A stretch of 64,000 nucleotides of DNA from Gemmatimonadota bacterium (GCA_046757885.1 JBHHZD010000002.1:37494-101493), one strand, 5' to 3'; shown: positions 18,223 to 27,630, counted from the first letter of the stretch. Numbers and translations are program-made. The notes: a model not told the origin generated them from the sequence alone.

Positions 18223-19106
18223 GAGTCCGGCCCGCCGTTCTCGGGAGGGGTGCCGTCACGAACCTTGAAGCAGCGGTCCACCGAGGTGAACCGGAATTCC
18301 GACAGAAGCCGCTCGAGCCGCTCGCCCACGGTGGCGAGTCCGCCGTAGTGGCGCCGGCGCGTGAGCCAGGGAGCCCGGACGCGAGGCTGGTCGGGATCCA
18401 GCTCCCACGGGTGCACGTAGAACACGGCCGGCGTCCCGTTCTCGGCTCTCTGGCGAAAGGCGTGGCGTGAGATCCGGTACGGGAGCTGGCGGAAGTACCC
18501 GCCGCCCGAGGCCGGAATCCGAATCCCGCGCCACGTCGCCAGCGTCATCGGGAGCTCCAGGATCACGCCCGCCTCGCGGGCGATGAGATGCGGCTCCGGC
18601 AGGGCCCCGGGATAGCCGTAATTCGCCCGGCGGATCGGAAACAGGCTCGAGTCATACCGGTAGCCCTCCTCGAGGAGGACGTCGAAGGCCCACTCGCAGC
18701 CGGGGAGCAGCGAGAAGCTCGGCGCCCGGTACCCGATCACCGCCCGTCCCGCGAGATCTCCCAGCAGGGCCCGGGAGTCCCGCACTTCCTCCCGGAACGC
18801 CTCCCGACGGAGCTCGCTGACCCGCCGATGGCTCCACCCGTGCGAAGCGATCTCGTGCCCCTCGGCCGCGATGCGCCGCACGAGATCGGGGTGGCGGCGA
18901 CCGATCCAGCCGAGAACGAAGAACGTGGCTCTCGCATCGTGCCGGTCCAGCAGCCCGAGGAGGGCGTCCACGCCCCTCTCCACCCGGCTCGGCATCGACT
19001 CCCACTCGTCCCTCGCGATGCGGGACTCGAACGCGTGCACCTGGAAGTACTCCTCGACGTCCACCGAGAAGACGTGCGTGCCCGAGGCCACGCCGCTCGC
19101 GATCAC
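18219..19106 (-). CDS. Polysaccharide deacetylase (CE4)
   Basis: HVFSVDVEEYFQ... FFVLGW... SHGWSHRR, typical of the deacetylase subfamily that begins with DVEDYF. Confidence 0.75.
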   Translation of the reverse strand: MIASGVASGTHVFSVDVEEYFQVHAFESRIARDEWESMPSRVERGVDALLGLLDRHDARATFFVLGWIGRRHPDLVRRIAAEGHEIASHGWSHRRVSELRREAFREEVRDSRALLGDLAGRAVIGYRAPSFSLLPGCEWAFDVLLEEGYRYDSSLFPIRRANYGYPGALPEPHLIAREAGVILELPMTLATWRGIRIPASGGGYFRQLPYRISRHAFRQRAENGTPAVFYVHPWELDPDQPRVRAPWLTRRRHYGGLATVGERLERLLSEFRFTSVDRCFKVRDGTPPENGGPDS

Positions 19107-20089
19107 GGCGCTTCCGTCCGTTCCGGCTCCAGGACGCGGTAGGTCTTCCGGTACGGAGCCTGGAGGTGGACGATGATCTCACCCACCAGACCCAGCCCGA
19201 ACATCTGGAGCCCCAGCGTGACGAGAAGGATGCCCACGAGGAGCAGGGGTCGGTTCGCGATGCCCTGGCCGCCGATCCGCTGGACGAACATGATGGCCAG
19301 GATCACGCCTCCGGCGATCCCCAGTCCGCTCCCCATGAGACCGAAGAAGCGGAGCGGCTTGAACGTGAACCGCAGGAGGAAGAAGAGGTTGAGCAGATCG
19401 AGCATGCGTCGCAGGTAGACCCCGGGCGCGTACAACCGTGTCGCCGTATCGTCCGGGTGCTGGGGGCAGGCAAGCTCCTCCACCCGAAACCCCTCCCGCA
19501 TCGCCAGCAGGGGGAGGAAACGCACGAAGTCTCCGTACAGCGGCAGGTCTTCGAGGACGGGTCGTCGGAGGGCCCTCACGCCGCAAGCGATGTCGTTCAC
19601 CCGCCCGCCCGCGAGCTTTCCGAGAAGATAGTGGAAGACGCGTGTCTGCATCCGGTTGATCCACGAGTCGGCGCGGGGCCAGCGCCGGGCGACGACGAAG
19701 TCCTTGCCCTCTCTCACCCGTCCCACGAGCTGCGGCAGGGCGGAGGCGGCCACGCGCCGGTAGGCTGGAAGCGTGACGAGAACGTCGCCCGTGCTCTGGT
19801 CCAGGCCCAGCCGGAGCAGCGACGCCTCGTCCGTCCCGTGCGCGGCCTCGATGACCCGCACCGGCTCGCCCCGCGCCGCGACATCCAGCAGCTCCGAGGT
19901 GAGCGGGATCCGCCACGGCTCGGTCACGAACAGGAACTCGAAGGCGAGGCCCGTCTCCCGGAGGGGAGCCGCGTACTCCTCGTACAGCGCCCCCAGGGGC
20001 TGCGGTCGCTCCGTGACGGGGACGAGGACGCTGACGTCCACCGTGCCCCGGCCTCCGGTCTCCTTCATCGGGCGAGCCTCGCCCGCCAC
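19103..20089 (-). CDS. GT2 glycosyltransferase with C-terminal TM helices (polyprenyl-phosphate glycosyltransferase-like)
   Basis: VSVLVPV..., a DPM1-like catalytic region, and two C-terminal TM helices (FFGLMGSGLGIAGGVILAIMFV; LLLVGILLVTLGLQMFGLGLVGEII). Alternative ATG at 20068. Confidence 0.7.
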   Translation of the reverse strand: MAGEARPMKETGGRGTVDVSVLVPVTERPQPLGALYEEYAAPLRETGLAFEFLFVTEPWRIPLTSELLDVAARGEPVRVIEAAHGTDEASLLRLGLDQSTGDVLVTLPAYRRVAASALPQLVGRVREGKDFVVARRWPRADSWINRMQTRVFHYLLGKLAGGRVNDIACGVRALRRPVLEDLPLYGDFVRFLPLLAMREGFRVEELACPQHPDDTATRLYAPGVYLRRMLDLLNLFFLLRFTFKPLRFFGLMGSGLGIAGGVILAIMFVQRIGGQGIANRPLLLVGILLVTLGLQMFGLGLVGEIIVHLQAPYRKTYRVLEPERTEAP

Positions 20090-20997
20090 CGCACTCCGTC
20101 AACGGCGACCTCGGCGATGAGCCCTAGCATGAGCAGATAGAAGGCGAGTCCGAGCCACAGAAGGGCGGCGCCCGAGAAGACGACGGCGCTCCCGTGCGCC
20201 GTATGGAGAGCGAGTGGCAGATCGACGAACATCGCGATGAAGAACGCGGCCCCGAGCACCGCGGCCCCCAACGCCCCGATCCCGAACAGGCCGAGGGGTC
20301 GCTCACGAAACGAGCGGATCATCGAGAGCACGACGAGGTCCAGGAGGACCCGCCAGATCCGGGAGAGCCCGTACTTGCTCTCGCCGTGCAGCCGCGGCGC
20401 GTGCCGGACGGGCACCTCCGAGATCCGCGCGCCCGCGGTCGCGACCGCGACGGCGGGGATGAACCGGTGCATGTCGGAGTACAGGTGGACGCGACGTAGC
20501 ACGGACGTCCGGTAGGCCTTCAGGGAGCATCCGTTGTCACGCACGGCCACCCCGGTGATCCACCCGATGAGGCGGTTCGCCACCCAGGAGGGCACGCGCC
20601 GGGTCATGAGACGATCCCGGCGGTGCACCCGGAAGCCCGCCACGAGATCGAAGCCCTCCTCCAGCCGCGCGACCAGCGCCGGAATGTCGTTCGGATCGTT
20701 CTGCAGATCGCCATCCATCGAGATCACGATGTCCCCACGCACGTGGTCGAATCCGGCTTGCATCGCGGTCGTTTGCCCGTAGTTTCGTGCGAGCCGCAGC
20801 ACGCGCACGCGTGGATCCGTCGCGGCCAGCTCGAGCCCGATTCGCGCGGTCCCGTCCGTGCTGCCATCGTCCACGAGCAGAAGCTCCCACTCGCCGCTGT
20901 CGGCCAGCGCGCGGCGGACGGCGTCCACGAGCGGACGGACGTTCTCCTCTTCGTTGAAGACGGGAACGACGATCGAGAGAGGTGAGTTTTCGCCCAT
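20065..20997 (-). CDS. GT2 DPM1/ArnC-like polyprenyl-phosphate sugar transferase
   Basis: ATG at 20997 (MGENSPLSIVVPVFNEEEN). LLLVDDGSTDGT, ISMDGDLQNDP, C-terminal TM helices. Confidence 0.75.
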   Translation of the reverse strand: MGENSPLSIVVPVFNEEENVRPLVDAVRRALADSGEWELLLVDDGSTDGTARIGLELAATDPRVRVLRLARNYGQTTAMQAGFDHVRGDIVISMDGDLQNDPNDIPALVARLEEGFDLVAGFRVHRRDRLMTRRVPSWVANRLIGWITGVAVRDNGCSLKAYRTSVLRRVHLYSDMHRFIPAVAVATAGARISEVPVRHAPRLHGESKYGLSRIWRVLLDLVVLSMIRSFRERPLGLFGIGALGAAVLGAAFFIAMFVDLPLALHTAHGSAVVFSGAALLWLGLAFYLLMLGLIAEVAVDGVRWRARLAR

Positions 20998-21012
20998 ATC
21001 ACGCTTGATCTG

Positions 21013-21029
21013 CGCAACGTCTGTGCCGG
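21013..21029 (-). promoter_or_regulatory. Sigma-54-like -24/-12 element (minus strand CGGCACagacgTTGCG)
   Basis: Reverse complement of top 21013-21029. GG-N10-GC spacing, about 20 nt upstream of the ATG at 20997, which heads the long minus-strand operon 20997 to 15000. Confidence 0.4.
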
Positions 21030-21119
21030 CCGGCGACGTCGGGGAGCGCGTCCGGAAGCCGGCGGCCGCGGCGGCCGTACCGCCCCTCGGCCACGGGACC
21101 GGGGCCCGAACGGCACCGG

Positions 21120-22808
21120 GTGTCGCGCGCGCGCGACACTCACAATGGACCATTTCCCCGCTCGGAACTCAAGAGGCGCGTGAAACGGGACCCGGCCGCT
21201 CTCGTGAACGGACCCTTCGACGTCGTCGTCGTGGGAGGAGGCTTCGTGGGCGCCTGCGTCGCGTGGGATGCCGCCTTGCGCGGCTGGCGCGTCGCCCTGC
21301 TGGAGCGAACCGACTTCGGCGCCGGGGTGTCGGCGAACAGCCTGAAGATCCTACACGGGGGCCTGCGCTACCTGCAGCGCCTCGACGTCCGGAGGATGCG
21401 CGAATCGATCGCCGAGCGGGCCACCTGGCTCCGCATCGCGCCCCACCTCGTCGAGCCGCTGCCCGTCCTCGTCCCGACCCGCGCGCGCGGCCTGCAGCGC
21501 AAGGCCACTCTGGGAGCCGCCGTGCGCGTGGCCGACGGCTTCTTCCCGGGCCGCAATCGAGGGCTTCACCCGGATCGACGTCTCCCGGCCGGCCGGCTTC
21601 TGAGCCGGGCGGAGGCCCTGGAGACCGTCCCGGAGCTCGCGCACGGGCTCCCGGATCTCGACGGCGCCGTGCTGTTCCACGACGCCCAGCTCTACAGCGC
21701 CGAGCGACTCGTGCTCGAGATCGTCCGGGCGGCCGCGGAGGGCGGGGCGACCGTCGTGAATCACCTCGCGGTTCGGGACGCCCTGATGGAGCCCGGCCGC
21801 ATCGCGGGCGTCCGCGCGCGAGACGAGCTCACGGGCGACGAGCTCTCGATCCGCGGCCGCGCGGTGGTCGTGGCCGCCGGCGACAGCTCGGCGGAGCTGT
21901 CGGCTCGCCTCACGGGGGCGGCGACGGTCACGAGTCCCGCCTGCGTCGGCGTGAACCTCGTGCTGAATCGGGATCCGCCGCCGTGCGCGGTCGGGGTCTC
22001 GTCGGGCGTGCCGGACCCTTCGCGGCGGCTCGGCCTGCCGGGGCGTCAGCTCTTCGTCGTCCCGTGGCGCGGCCGCACGATGGTCGGCACGGGCTACTAC
22101 CCCGTCGAAAGGCCGATCCGGCCCGGACCCGCTGACGCGGACGAGCTCGCGGCACGCTTCCTCGGCGAGGTGAGGCGGGCCTGGCCCGCGCTGTCGGACG
22201 CGCGACTCCGTGACGTCGTGCGCGTCCACCGCGGGCGGCTGCCCGCGCGCAGGGCCCGACGGGCCGGAGAGTGCCGCCTCGAGCAGGCCGCGAGGATCAC
22301 GGATCACGGGAGAGACGGGGCGGCGGGCCTGTTCAGCGTCACGGCCGTGAAGCTGACGACGGCCCGGGCCCTGGCCGAGCGCGTGGTGGACCTCGTGGGG
22401 CGGGCGTTGGGTCGCCCGGGGACCCCGTGCCGCACCCCCTCGACGCTCCTGCCGGGGTCGTCCCGGACGAGCACGGACGAGCTGAGGCGGGAGGCCGGCC
22501 GGCGGCTCGAGAGGATCCTGCCCCCGGAGGTCGTGGACCACCTCGTCCGGTGCTACGGCCGGGACTACGCGGCCGTGGCCGCGGCGGCGGAAGCCGACGC
22601 GCGGATGCGGGAGCGCGTGCAGGACGATTCGCCCGTCATCCGGGCCCAGCTTCGGCACGCGGTCTCCGAGGAGATGGCCTGCACGCCGGACGACCTCTTG
22701 CTGCGCCGCACGGAGATCGGGGCGAGAGGCCGGGTCTCGGAGACGAGCCGGCGGGCCGCGGCCGAAGCTCTCGCGGGGCCACGGCCGGCCGGGGGGGGCC
22801 ATGCGTGA
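21120..22808 (+). CDS. FAD-dependent oxidoreductase, glycerol-3-phosphate dehydrogenase (GlpD)-like
   Basis: N-terminus FDVVVVGGGFVGACVAWDAALRGWRVALLE... SANSLKILHGGLRYL closely matches the GlpD-family FAD-binding region. The true start is probably the GTG at 21180 or 21204. Confidence 0.7.
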   Translation: MSRARDTHNGPFPRSELKRRVKRDPAALVNGPFDVVVVGGGFVGACVAWDAALRGWRVALLERTDFGAGVSANSLKILHGGLRYLQRLDVRRMRESIAERATWLRIAPHLVEPLPVLVPTRARGLQRKATLGAAVRVADGFFPGRNRGLHPDRRLPAGRLLSRAEALETVPELAHGLPDLDGAVLFHDAQLYSAERLVLEIVRAAAEGGATVVNHLAVRDALMEPGRIAGVRARDELTGDELSIRGRAVVVAAGDSSAELSARLTGAATVTSPACVGVNLVLNRDPPPCAVGVSSGVPDPSRRLGLPGRQLFVVPWRGRTMVGTGYYPVERPIRPGPADADELAARFLGEVRRAWPALSDARLRDVVRVHRGRLPARRARRAGECRLEQAARITDHGRDGAAGLFSVTAVKLTTARALAERVVDLVGRALGRPGTPCRTPSTLLPGSSRTSTDELRREAGRRLERILPPEVVDHLVRCYGRDYAAVAAAAEADARMRERVQDDSPVIRAQLRHAVSEEMACTPDDLLLRRTEIGARGRVSETSRRAAAEALAGPRPAGGGHA

Positions 22809-23775
22809 CGTCCGGCGGGTGGCGTCCGTCGGCGGCCGCGCCGGTGTCTCGCTCGTCCTCATCGGATGGATCCTGGGACGCTCCAACCTTCACGGCGTGT
22901 GGGACGCCCTGAGCTCCGCGGACCCCTTCCCGCTTCTCTTCGCCTGGGGGCTCCTGGCGCTCGGCTATCTCCTGCGGATCACGAGGTGGCGCTACCTTCT
23001 GCGCGCTCTGGAGGTCCGGGCGTCGCTCGGCTACCTCTTCCGGTCGTTCATGGTGGGGGTGTTCTTCAACCAGCTGCTCCCCTCGACGATAGGGGGCGAC
23101 ACCGTGCGCGGCTACGACTCCTGGAGGGCGGGCACCTCGAAGCCCGGAGCCGTGGCCGTCATCTTCGTGGATCGGTTCCTGGGCCTGTTCGCCCTCGTGG
23201 GCTTCGCGGTAGCGGCCGTCTTCGTCGCGGACACCGAGCTCGCCGGACGGCTCGGACGGTTCCCGACGATCGTGGCGGGCCTGGCCATCCTCATGCTGCT
23301 CGTCGCGTGGGTCGCGTTCCTGTCTCCCGCCTCTCTTCTCCCGCGGAGCGGCGTCAAGCGCCTCCTCCCAGGCCCCCGCCTGCGCCGGTGGCTGAAGGGA
23401 GGGAAGGAGGCGTTCGCGATGTTCCGGCGCGAGAAGCGCATCCTGCTCGGGGGGCTCCTGGTCTCGATCTGCGTGCAGGGCCTCGTCATCGCGTTTCACA
23501 TGACCATCGCGCGATCCCTGGGCCTCGCGATCCCGGCGCGCGAGTTCTTCCTCATCATCCCGGTCGCCACGCTCGTGATGATGCTCCCCATCTCCATCAA
23601 CGCCATCGGAATCCGGGAAAACGTGTACGCCTTCCTCTTCGGCTTCTACGGCCTCGGCGAGGAGCAGGCCCTCGCGTTCGCCTGGCTCGTCCTGGGCATC
23701 GTGCTCCTGAACGCGGTTCTCGGAGGCCTGTTCTTCCTGGCAAGGCGGAGGGCGGGCGAGGGAGTCACGGCATGA
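22801..23775 (+). CDS. Lysylphosphatidylglycerol-synthase TM-region-like (flippase-like) membrane protein
   Basis: 324 aa, about 8 TM helices, with the conserved LLPSTIGGDTVRG motif of the family often paired with GT2 enzymes. ATG overlaps the upstream stop. Confidence 0.6.
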   Translation: MRDVRRVASVGGRAGVSLVLIGWILGRSNLHGVWDALSSADPFPLLFAWGLLALGYLLRITRWRYLLRALEVRASLGYLFRSFMVGVFFNQLLPSTIGGDTVRGYDSWRAGTSKPGAVAVIFVDRFLGLFALVGFAVAAVFVADTELAGRLGRFPTIVAGLAILMLLVAWVAFLSPASLLPRSGVKRLLPGPRLRRWLKGGKEAFAMFRREKRILLGGLLVSICVQGLVIAFHMTIARSLGLAIPAREFFLIIPVATLVMMLPISINAIGIRENVYAFLFGFYGLGEEQALAFAWLVLGIVLLNAVLGGLFFLARRRAGEGVTA

Positions 23776-24944
23776 GGATCCTCTTCCTCGCCCCGCATCC
23801 GTTCTTTCAGCCCCGCGGCACGCCGCTCTCCGACCTCCACCTCGTGGAGGAGATGTGCGAGGCCGGACACGAGGTGGACGTGCTCACGTTCCACGAGGGC
23901 GACGACGTGTCCATTCCGGGTTGTCGGATCCTTCGCATTCGTCCCGTCCCCGGCGTTCACGACGTGCGGCCCGGGTTCTCGCTCAAGAAGGTCATCTGCG
24001 ACACTCGCCTCCACGCACTCGCCCGGGAGAGGCTCCGCGCGGGGGGATACGACTACGTGCATGCCGTCGAGGAGTCGGCGTTCATCGCCCGGAGCCTGGG
24101 ACGTCGCTTCGGTCTGCCCTACGTGTTCGACATGGATTCCTCGATGCCGGAGCAGATCTGCGATCGGCGACCGTTCCTCGCACCGCTGCGTCCTCTGCTT
24201 CGCCGATTCGAGCAGGGCGCGATGAGGGACGCCGTCGCCGTGGTCGCCGTGTGCCGGGACCTCGAGGAGAAGGCGACGGCCGTGCTGCCGCCGGGCCGCG
24301 TCTTCCGGATCGAGGACACGACCCTGCTATCGAGTGGCCCGACGGGCAGAGGGACGACGGTGAGGCTCGACCGCGGAGAGGGGCTCGCCATGTACGTGGG
24401 AAACCTCGAGAGCTACCAGGGCATCGACCTTCTTCTCGACGCGTTCGCCGTCGCGACGAAGACGCACCCGGGCCTGCGGCTCGCCATCGTCGGCGGCATC
24501 CCGGAGCACATCGAAGCCCACCGGGCCCGGGCCGCTGGCCTCGGCATCCAGGACGCCGTCCGTTTCGTGGGACCGCGACCCGTGGAAGAGCTCCGATCCC
24601 TTCTGGAGCAGGCGGATGTCCTCGTCTCCCCCCGCACGCAGGGGACGAACACCCCGATGAAGATCTTCTCCTATCTCGATTCGGGCGTGCCGGTCCTCGC
24701 GACGCGGCGGCTCACGCACACGCAGGTCCTGGACGACGAGATCGCCTGCCTCGTGGAGACCCGCCCGGACGCCCTGGCGGCAGGCCTGCTGCGGCTGCTC
24801 GAGGATCCGGACTACGCGGCGGACATCGGACGGCGGGCCAGGGAGCGGGCGCGCCGCGAGTTCAGCCGCGAGGCGTACGGGCGGAAGGTGCGCCGGTTCC
24901 TCCAGTCGGTCGAGGCGGAGATCGGCCGGGATCGGAACCCGTGA
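23772..24944 (+). CDS. GT4 family glycosyltransferase
   Basis: ATG at 23772 (ATGA overlap). MRILFLAPHPFFQPRGTP... EGxxM... FSYLDSGVPVLAT. Confidence 0.8.
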   Translation: MRILFLAPHPFFQPRGTPLSDLHLVEEMCEAGHEVDVLTFHEGDDVSIPGCRILRIRPVPGVHDVRPGFSLKKVICDTRLHALARERLRAGGYDYVHAVEESAFIARSLGRRFGLPYVFDMDSSMPEQICDRRPFLAPLRPLLRRFEQGAMRDAVAVVAVCRDLEEKATAVLPPGRVFRIEDTTLLSSGPTGRGTTVRLDRGEGLAMYVGNLESYQGIDLLLDAFAVATKTHPGLRLAIVGGIPEHIEAHRARAAGLGIQDAVRFVGPRPVEELRSLLEQADVLVSPRTQGTNTPMKIFSYLDSGVPVLATRRLTHTQVLDDEIACLVETRPDALAAGLLRLLEDPDYAADIGRRARERARREFSREAYGRKVRRFLQSVEAEIGRDRNP

Positions 24945-25834
24945 CCCCGGGCGCGCCGGACGATCGACCGCGGGCGTGGGCACACGCGCTGTTTCGCCGA
25001 TCTCTCATCAAGCAGGCGAAGCTGCGCGAGATCCTGCGCCTCGCGGGCGCGACCGAGGGAAAGGCGTGCCTCGACATCGGGGGCGACAACGGCGTCATCA
25101 GCCTCCTCCTCCGGGAGCGCGGCGGAACCTGGACCAGCGCGGAGATGGACGGGGTCGCGGTGGAAGCCATCCGCCGGCTCGTCGGGGAGCGCGTGGTTCT
25201 CATCGATGGCCGGAGGACGGGGTTCGAGCCCCGGAGCTTCGATCTCGTCGTCATCGTGGATTTCCTCGAGCACACGGAGACGGACCGCGCGTTCGTCCGG
25301 GACGTGCGGCGGATTCTGAAGCCGGACGGCCGCCTCATCGTGAACGTCCCGCACCTGCGCCCGGGCTCGCCGCTCCCGTGGCTGCGGCGGCGGCTCGGCC
25401 TCACGGACGAGGCGCACGGGCACGTGCGCCCCGGATACGACGTCCAGGGCCTCGCCGCGGTGCTCGGCGACGGCTTCCGGATCGAGGTGGCTCGGACCTA
25501 CTCCCGCTTCTTCTCCGAGCTCCTGGACATCCTGATCAACGCGGTGGTGGCGTCCCGATCCGGTCGGGCGGGCGCGCGGCCCGGAAGAAAGGGCCGTCTC
25601 GTGACCGAGGCCGACGTCGGCCGGCGGACGCCCGGGTTTCGGGCCCTCGGGATCGCGTATCCCCTGCTGTGGCTGTGGACGAAGCTCGATCTGCTCTGCC
25701 TCGGTACGGCCGGGCACCGGCTGATCGTGAGAGCCGCGCCCCGCGAGGCCTCACCCCCGGGCGCCGGCGAGAACCCGGTCCGCCCGGACGATGACCGGCG
25801 AGCCGAAGGCGGCGGTGAGGCGCGTGGCCCGTAG
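24941..25834 (+). CDS. Class I SAM-dependent methyltransferase
   Basis: GTG at 24941 (GTGA overlap). Motif I CLDIGGDNG and motif post-I/II LVVIVDFLEH... LKPDGRLIV. Confidence 0.6.
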   Translation: MTPGAPDDRPRAWAHALFRRSLIKQAKLREILRLAGATEGKACLDIGGDNGVISLLLRERGGTWTSAEMDGVAVEAIRRLVGERVVLIDGRRTGFEPRSFDLVVIVDFLEHTETDRAFVRDVRRILKPDGRLIVNVPHLRPGSPLPWLRRRLGLTDEAHGHVRPGYDVQGLAAVLGDGFRIEVARTYSRFFSELLDILINAVVASRSGRAGARPGRKGRLVTEADVGRRTPGFRALGIAYPLLWLWTKLDLLCLGTAGHRLIVRAAPREASPPGAGENPVRPDDDRRAEGGGEARGP

Positions 25835-26485
25835 CGGCGCCTCCAGCGCCCGGGCGAGCGTCGCGGAGCGAAGCGCCCGGTGCAGGGCCATCGGAAGGGC
25901 GAACTGGCCCCGGCTGCCCACGACGGCGAACCCCTCCCCCTCGAACAGCGCCCGGACGCTCGCAGGCCGGAAGACGCGAAACCGCCGGGTGTTCGTCTCG
26001 ACCCCGCTCTTGAGACCATAGAGCAGGCCCGCCATCAGGTTCACGCTCCGCAGGGACGGATAGTCCACGATGACGGCGCGGCGGGCGACCCGGCAGAGCT
26101 CGGAGACGAGCCGGGCGGGGTCCTCCACGTGGGCGAGGAGCCGGAAACTCAGGGCGACGTCGAACGCGCGATCCGGATAGGGCAGATCGTACAGATCCGC
26201 CACGTCGAACCGGCACCGGCCCTGCCCGACATCGTCGGCCACGCGCGCTCCGCAGATCGGTGCGCTGCCGACGACCGTGAGGTCGAAACCGGCGGCATGA
26301 AGCGGCCGGACGAGCTGCCCGTGGCCTCCCCCCACGTCCACGACCCGGCCGCCGGCCGGCATGCCCGCGAGGAGCTCCAGGGTGAGTTCGGACTGGATCT
26401 CGAGAAACCAGGCGCCGACCTCGCCGGCGAACCGCTCGGCGTACCGGTCCGAGGAGCTCGCGACATCGGCGTCCTCGCGGCTCAC
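25751..26485 (-). CDS. Class I SAM-dependent methyltransferase
   Basis: VVDVGGGHGQL... DVALSFRLLAHVEDP... ARRAVIV. Its 3' end overlaps the convergent methyltransferase gene by about 84 nt. Confidence 0.65.
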   Translation of the reverse strand: MSREDADVASSSDRYAERFAGEVGAWFLEIQSELTLELLAGMPAGGRVVDVGGGHGQLVRPLHAAGFDLTVVGSAPICGARVADDVGQGRCRFDVADLYDLPYPDRAFDVALSFRLLAHVEDPARLVSELCRVARRAVIVDYPSLRSVNLMAGLLYGLKSGVETNTRRFRVFRPASVRALFEGEGFAVVGSRGQFALPMALHRALRSATLARALEAPLRATRLTAAFGSPVIVRADRVLAGARG

Positions 26486-26488
26486 GCG

Positions 26489-27484
26489 TCAGCCCCTCGC
26501 CGGCAGGCGTCCCGTCTCGCGGTACCAGGCCGCGGTGCGGGCGAGCCCGGTCGGGAGATCCACGGACGGCGCGTAGCCGATCTCCGACCTCGCCCGCGAG
26601 ATGTCGAACGCGCGGTTCTGGCGGAACCAGTCCACCCGCCTCGGGAAGATGGGCGGCGCGATCCGGAACGGGCGGCACGCCTTCTCGACCACGTGGCCGG
26701 CGATGACGAGCGGCGTGATCGGATAGTGCCGGATCCGGACGTCGACCCCCAGGGCGACCCCGACCTGCCGGACGATCTCCTCGATGGTGTGGTACCGCGC
26801 GTCCGCGATCAGGTAGGTGCGGCCGTCGCCGACGCCCGGCTCCGCGCACGCGACAAACGCGTCCACCAGGTTGTCGATGTAGAGCGGGTGGTAGAGCGTA
26901 CGGCCGCTGCCGAACATGGGAAAGCTCCCGCGCGCGACCCGCCGGTAGATCATGAAGAAGCGCTCCGGATCGCCGGGGCCGTAGATCGCGGCCGGTCGAA
27001 TCACGACACAGGCCATCCCGTCGCCGGCTCCTTCCCACGCGGCGAGCTCTGACTCGTACTTCGTCAGCTGGTAGACGTCGGCCGGCGCGATCGGCGCATC
27101 CTCGTTCGCGGGCGGCGCCTCGACGTTCCCGTGCACCCCGCAGGTGCTGCAGTGGACGAGCTTCCGTACCCCGGCGCGCCGGGCGGCCTCCGCGACCGTG
27201 CGGGTGCCGTCCACGTTCACCGTCCGGTAGTGCTTCGGCGTCACCTGGAGCTCGCGAAAGGCGGCGGCCAGGTGGAACACGACCTCGACATCCTCCACAC
27301 AGCGCTCGACCGTCTCCGGATCCGTCACGGAGCCGAGGACGACGGTGGCCCCCGCGGCTTCCAGCGACCCGGCCTCGAGCCCGGGTGAGACGTCGAGCGC
27401 CACGACGTCGTGGCCGTCCGCCAGCAGACGCTTCACGAGGGCGGTGCCGCTGAAGCCGAGGCCTCCCGTGACCAGGGTCTTCAT
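26489..27484 (-). CDS. NAD-dependent epimerase/dehydratase (SDR family)
   Basis: MKTLVTGGLGFSGTALV... YQLTKYESE (YxxxK). Confidence 0.8.
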   Translation of the reverse strand: MKTLVTGGLGFSGTALVKRLLADGHDVVALDVSPGLEAGSLEAAGATVVLGSVTDPETVERCVEDVEVVFHLAAAFRELQVTPKHYRTVNVDGTRTVAEAARRAGVRKLVHCSTCGVHGNVEAPPANEDAPIAPADVYQLTKYESELAAWEGAGDGMACVVIRPAAIYGPGDPERFFMIYRRVARGSFPMFGSGRTLYHPLYIDNLVDAFVACAEPGVGDGRTYLIADARYHTIEEIVRQVGVALGVDVRIRHYPITPLVIAGHVVEKACRPFRIAPPIFPRRVDWFRQNRAFDISRARSEIGYAPSVDLPTGLARTAAWYRETGRLPARG

Positions 27485-27509
27485 TCACCCTCCCCGAAGT
27501 TGATCCCAG

Positions 27510-27526
27510 GGCACGCGATCCGTGCC
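27510..27526. promoter_or_regulatory. Perfect palindrome GGCACG-N5-CGTGCC in a divergent intergenic region (candidate operator)
   Basis: 17-bp dyad between the divergent genes starting at 27484 (-) and 27631 (+). Confidence 0.3.
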
Positions 27527-27630
27527 GGCGGCGGGTGCCGCATCCTGACCGCCCGGTCTCCTTCGTGCAAGTCCGGAGCCGCCGGACCGGGCCCCTTTCG
27601 AGGGCCGATCGAGTCGACTACCCTGTGTGC

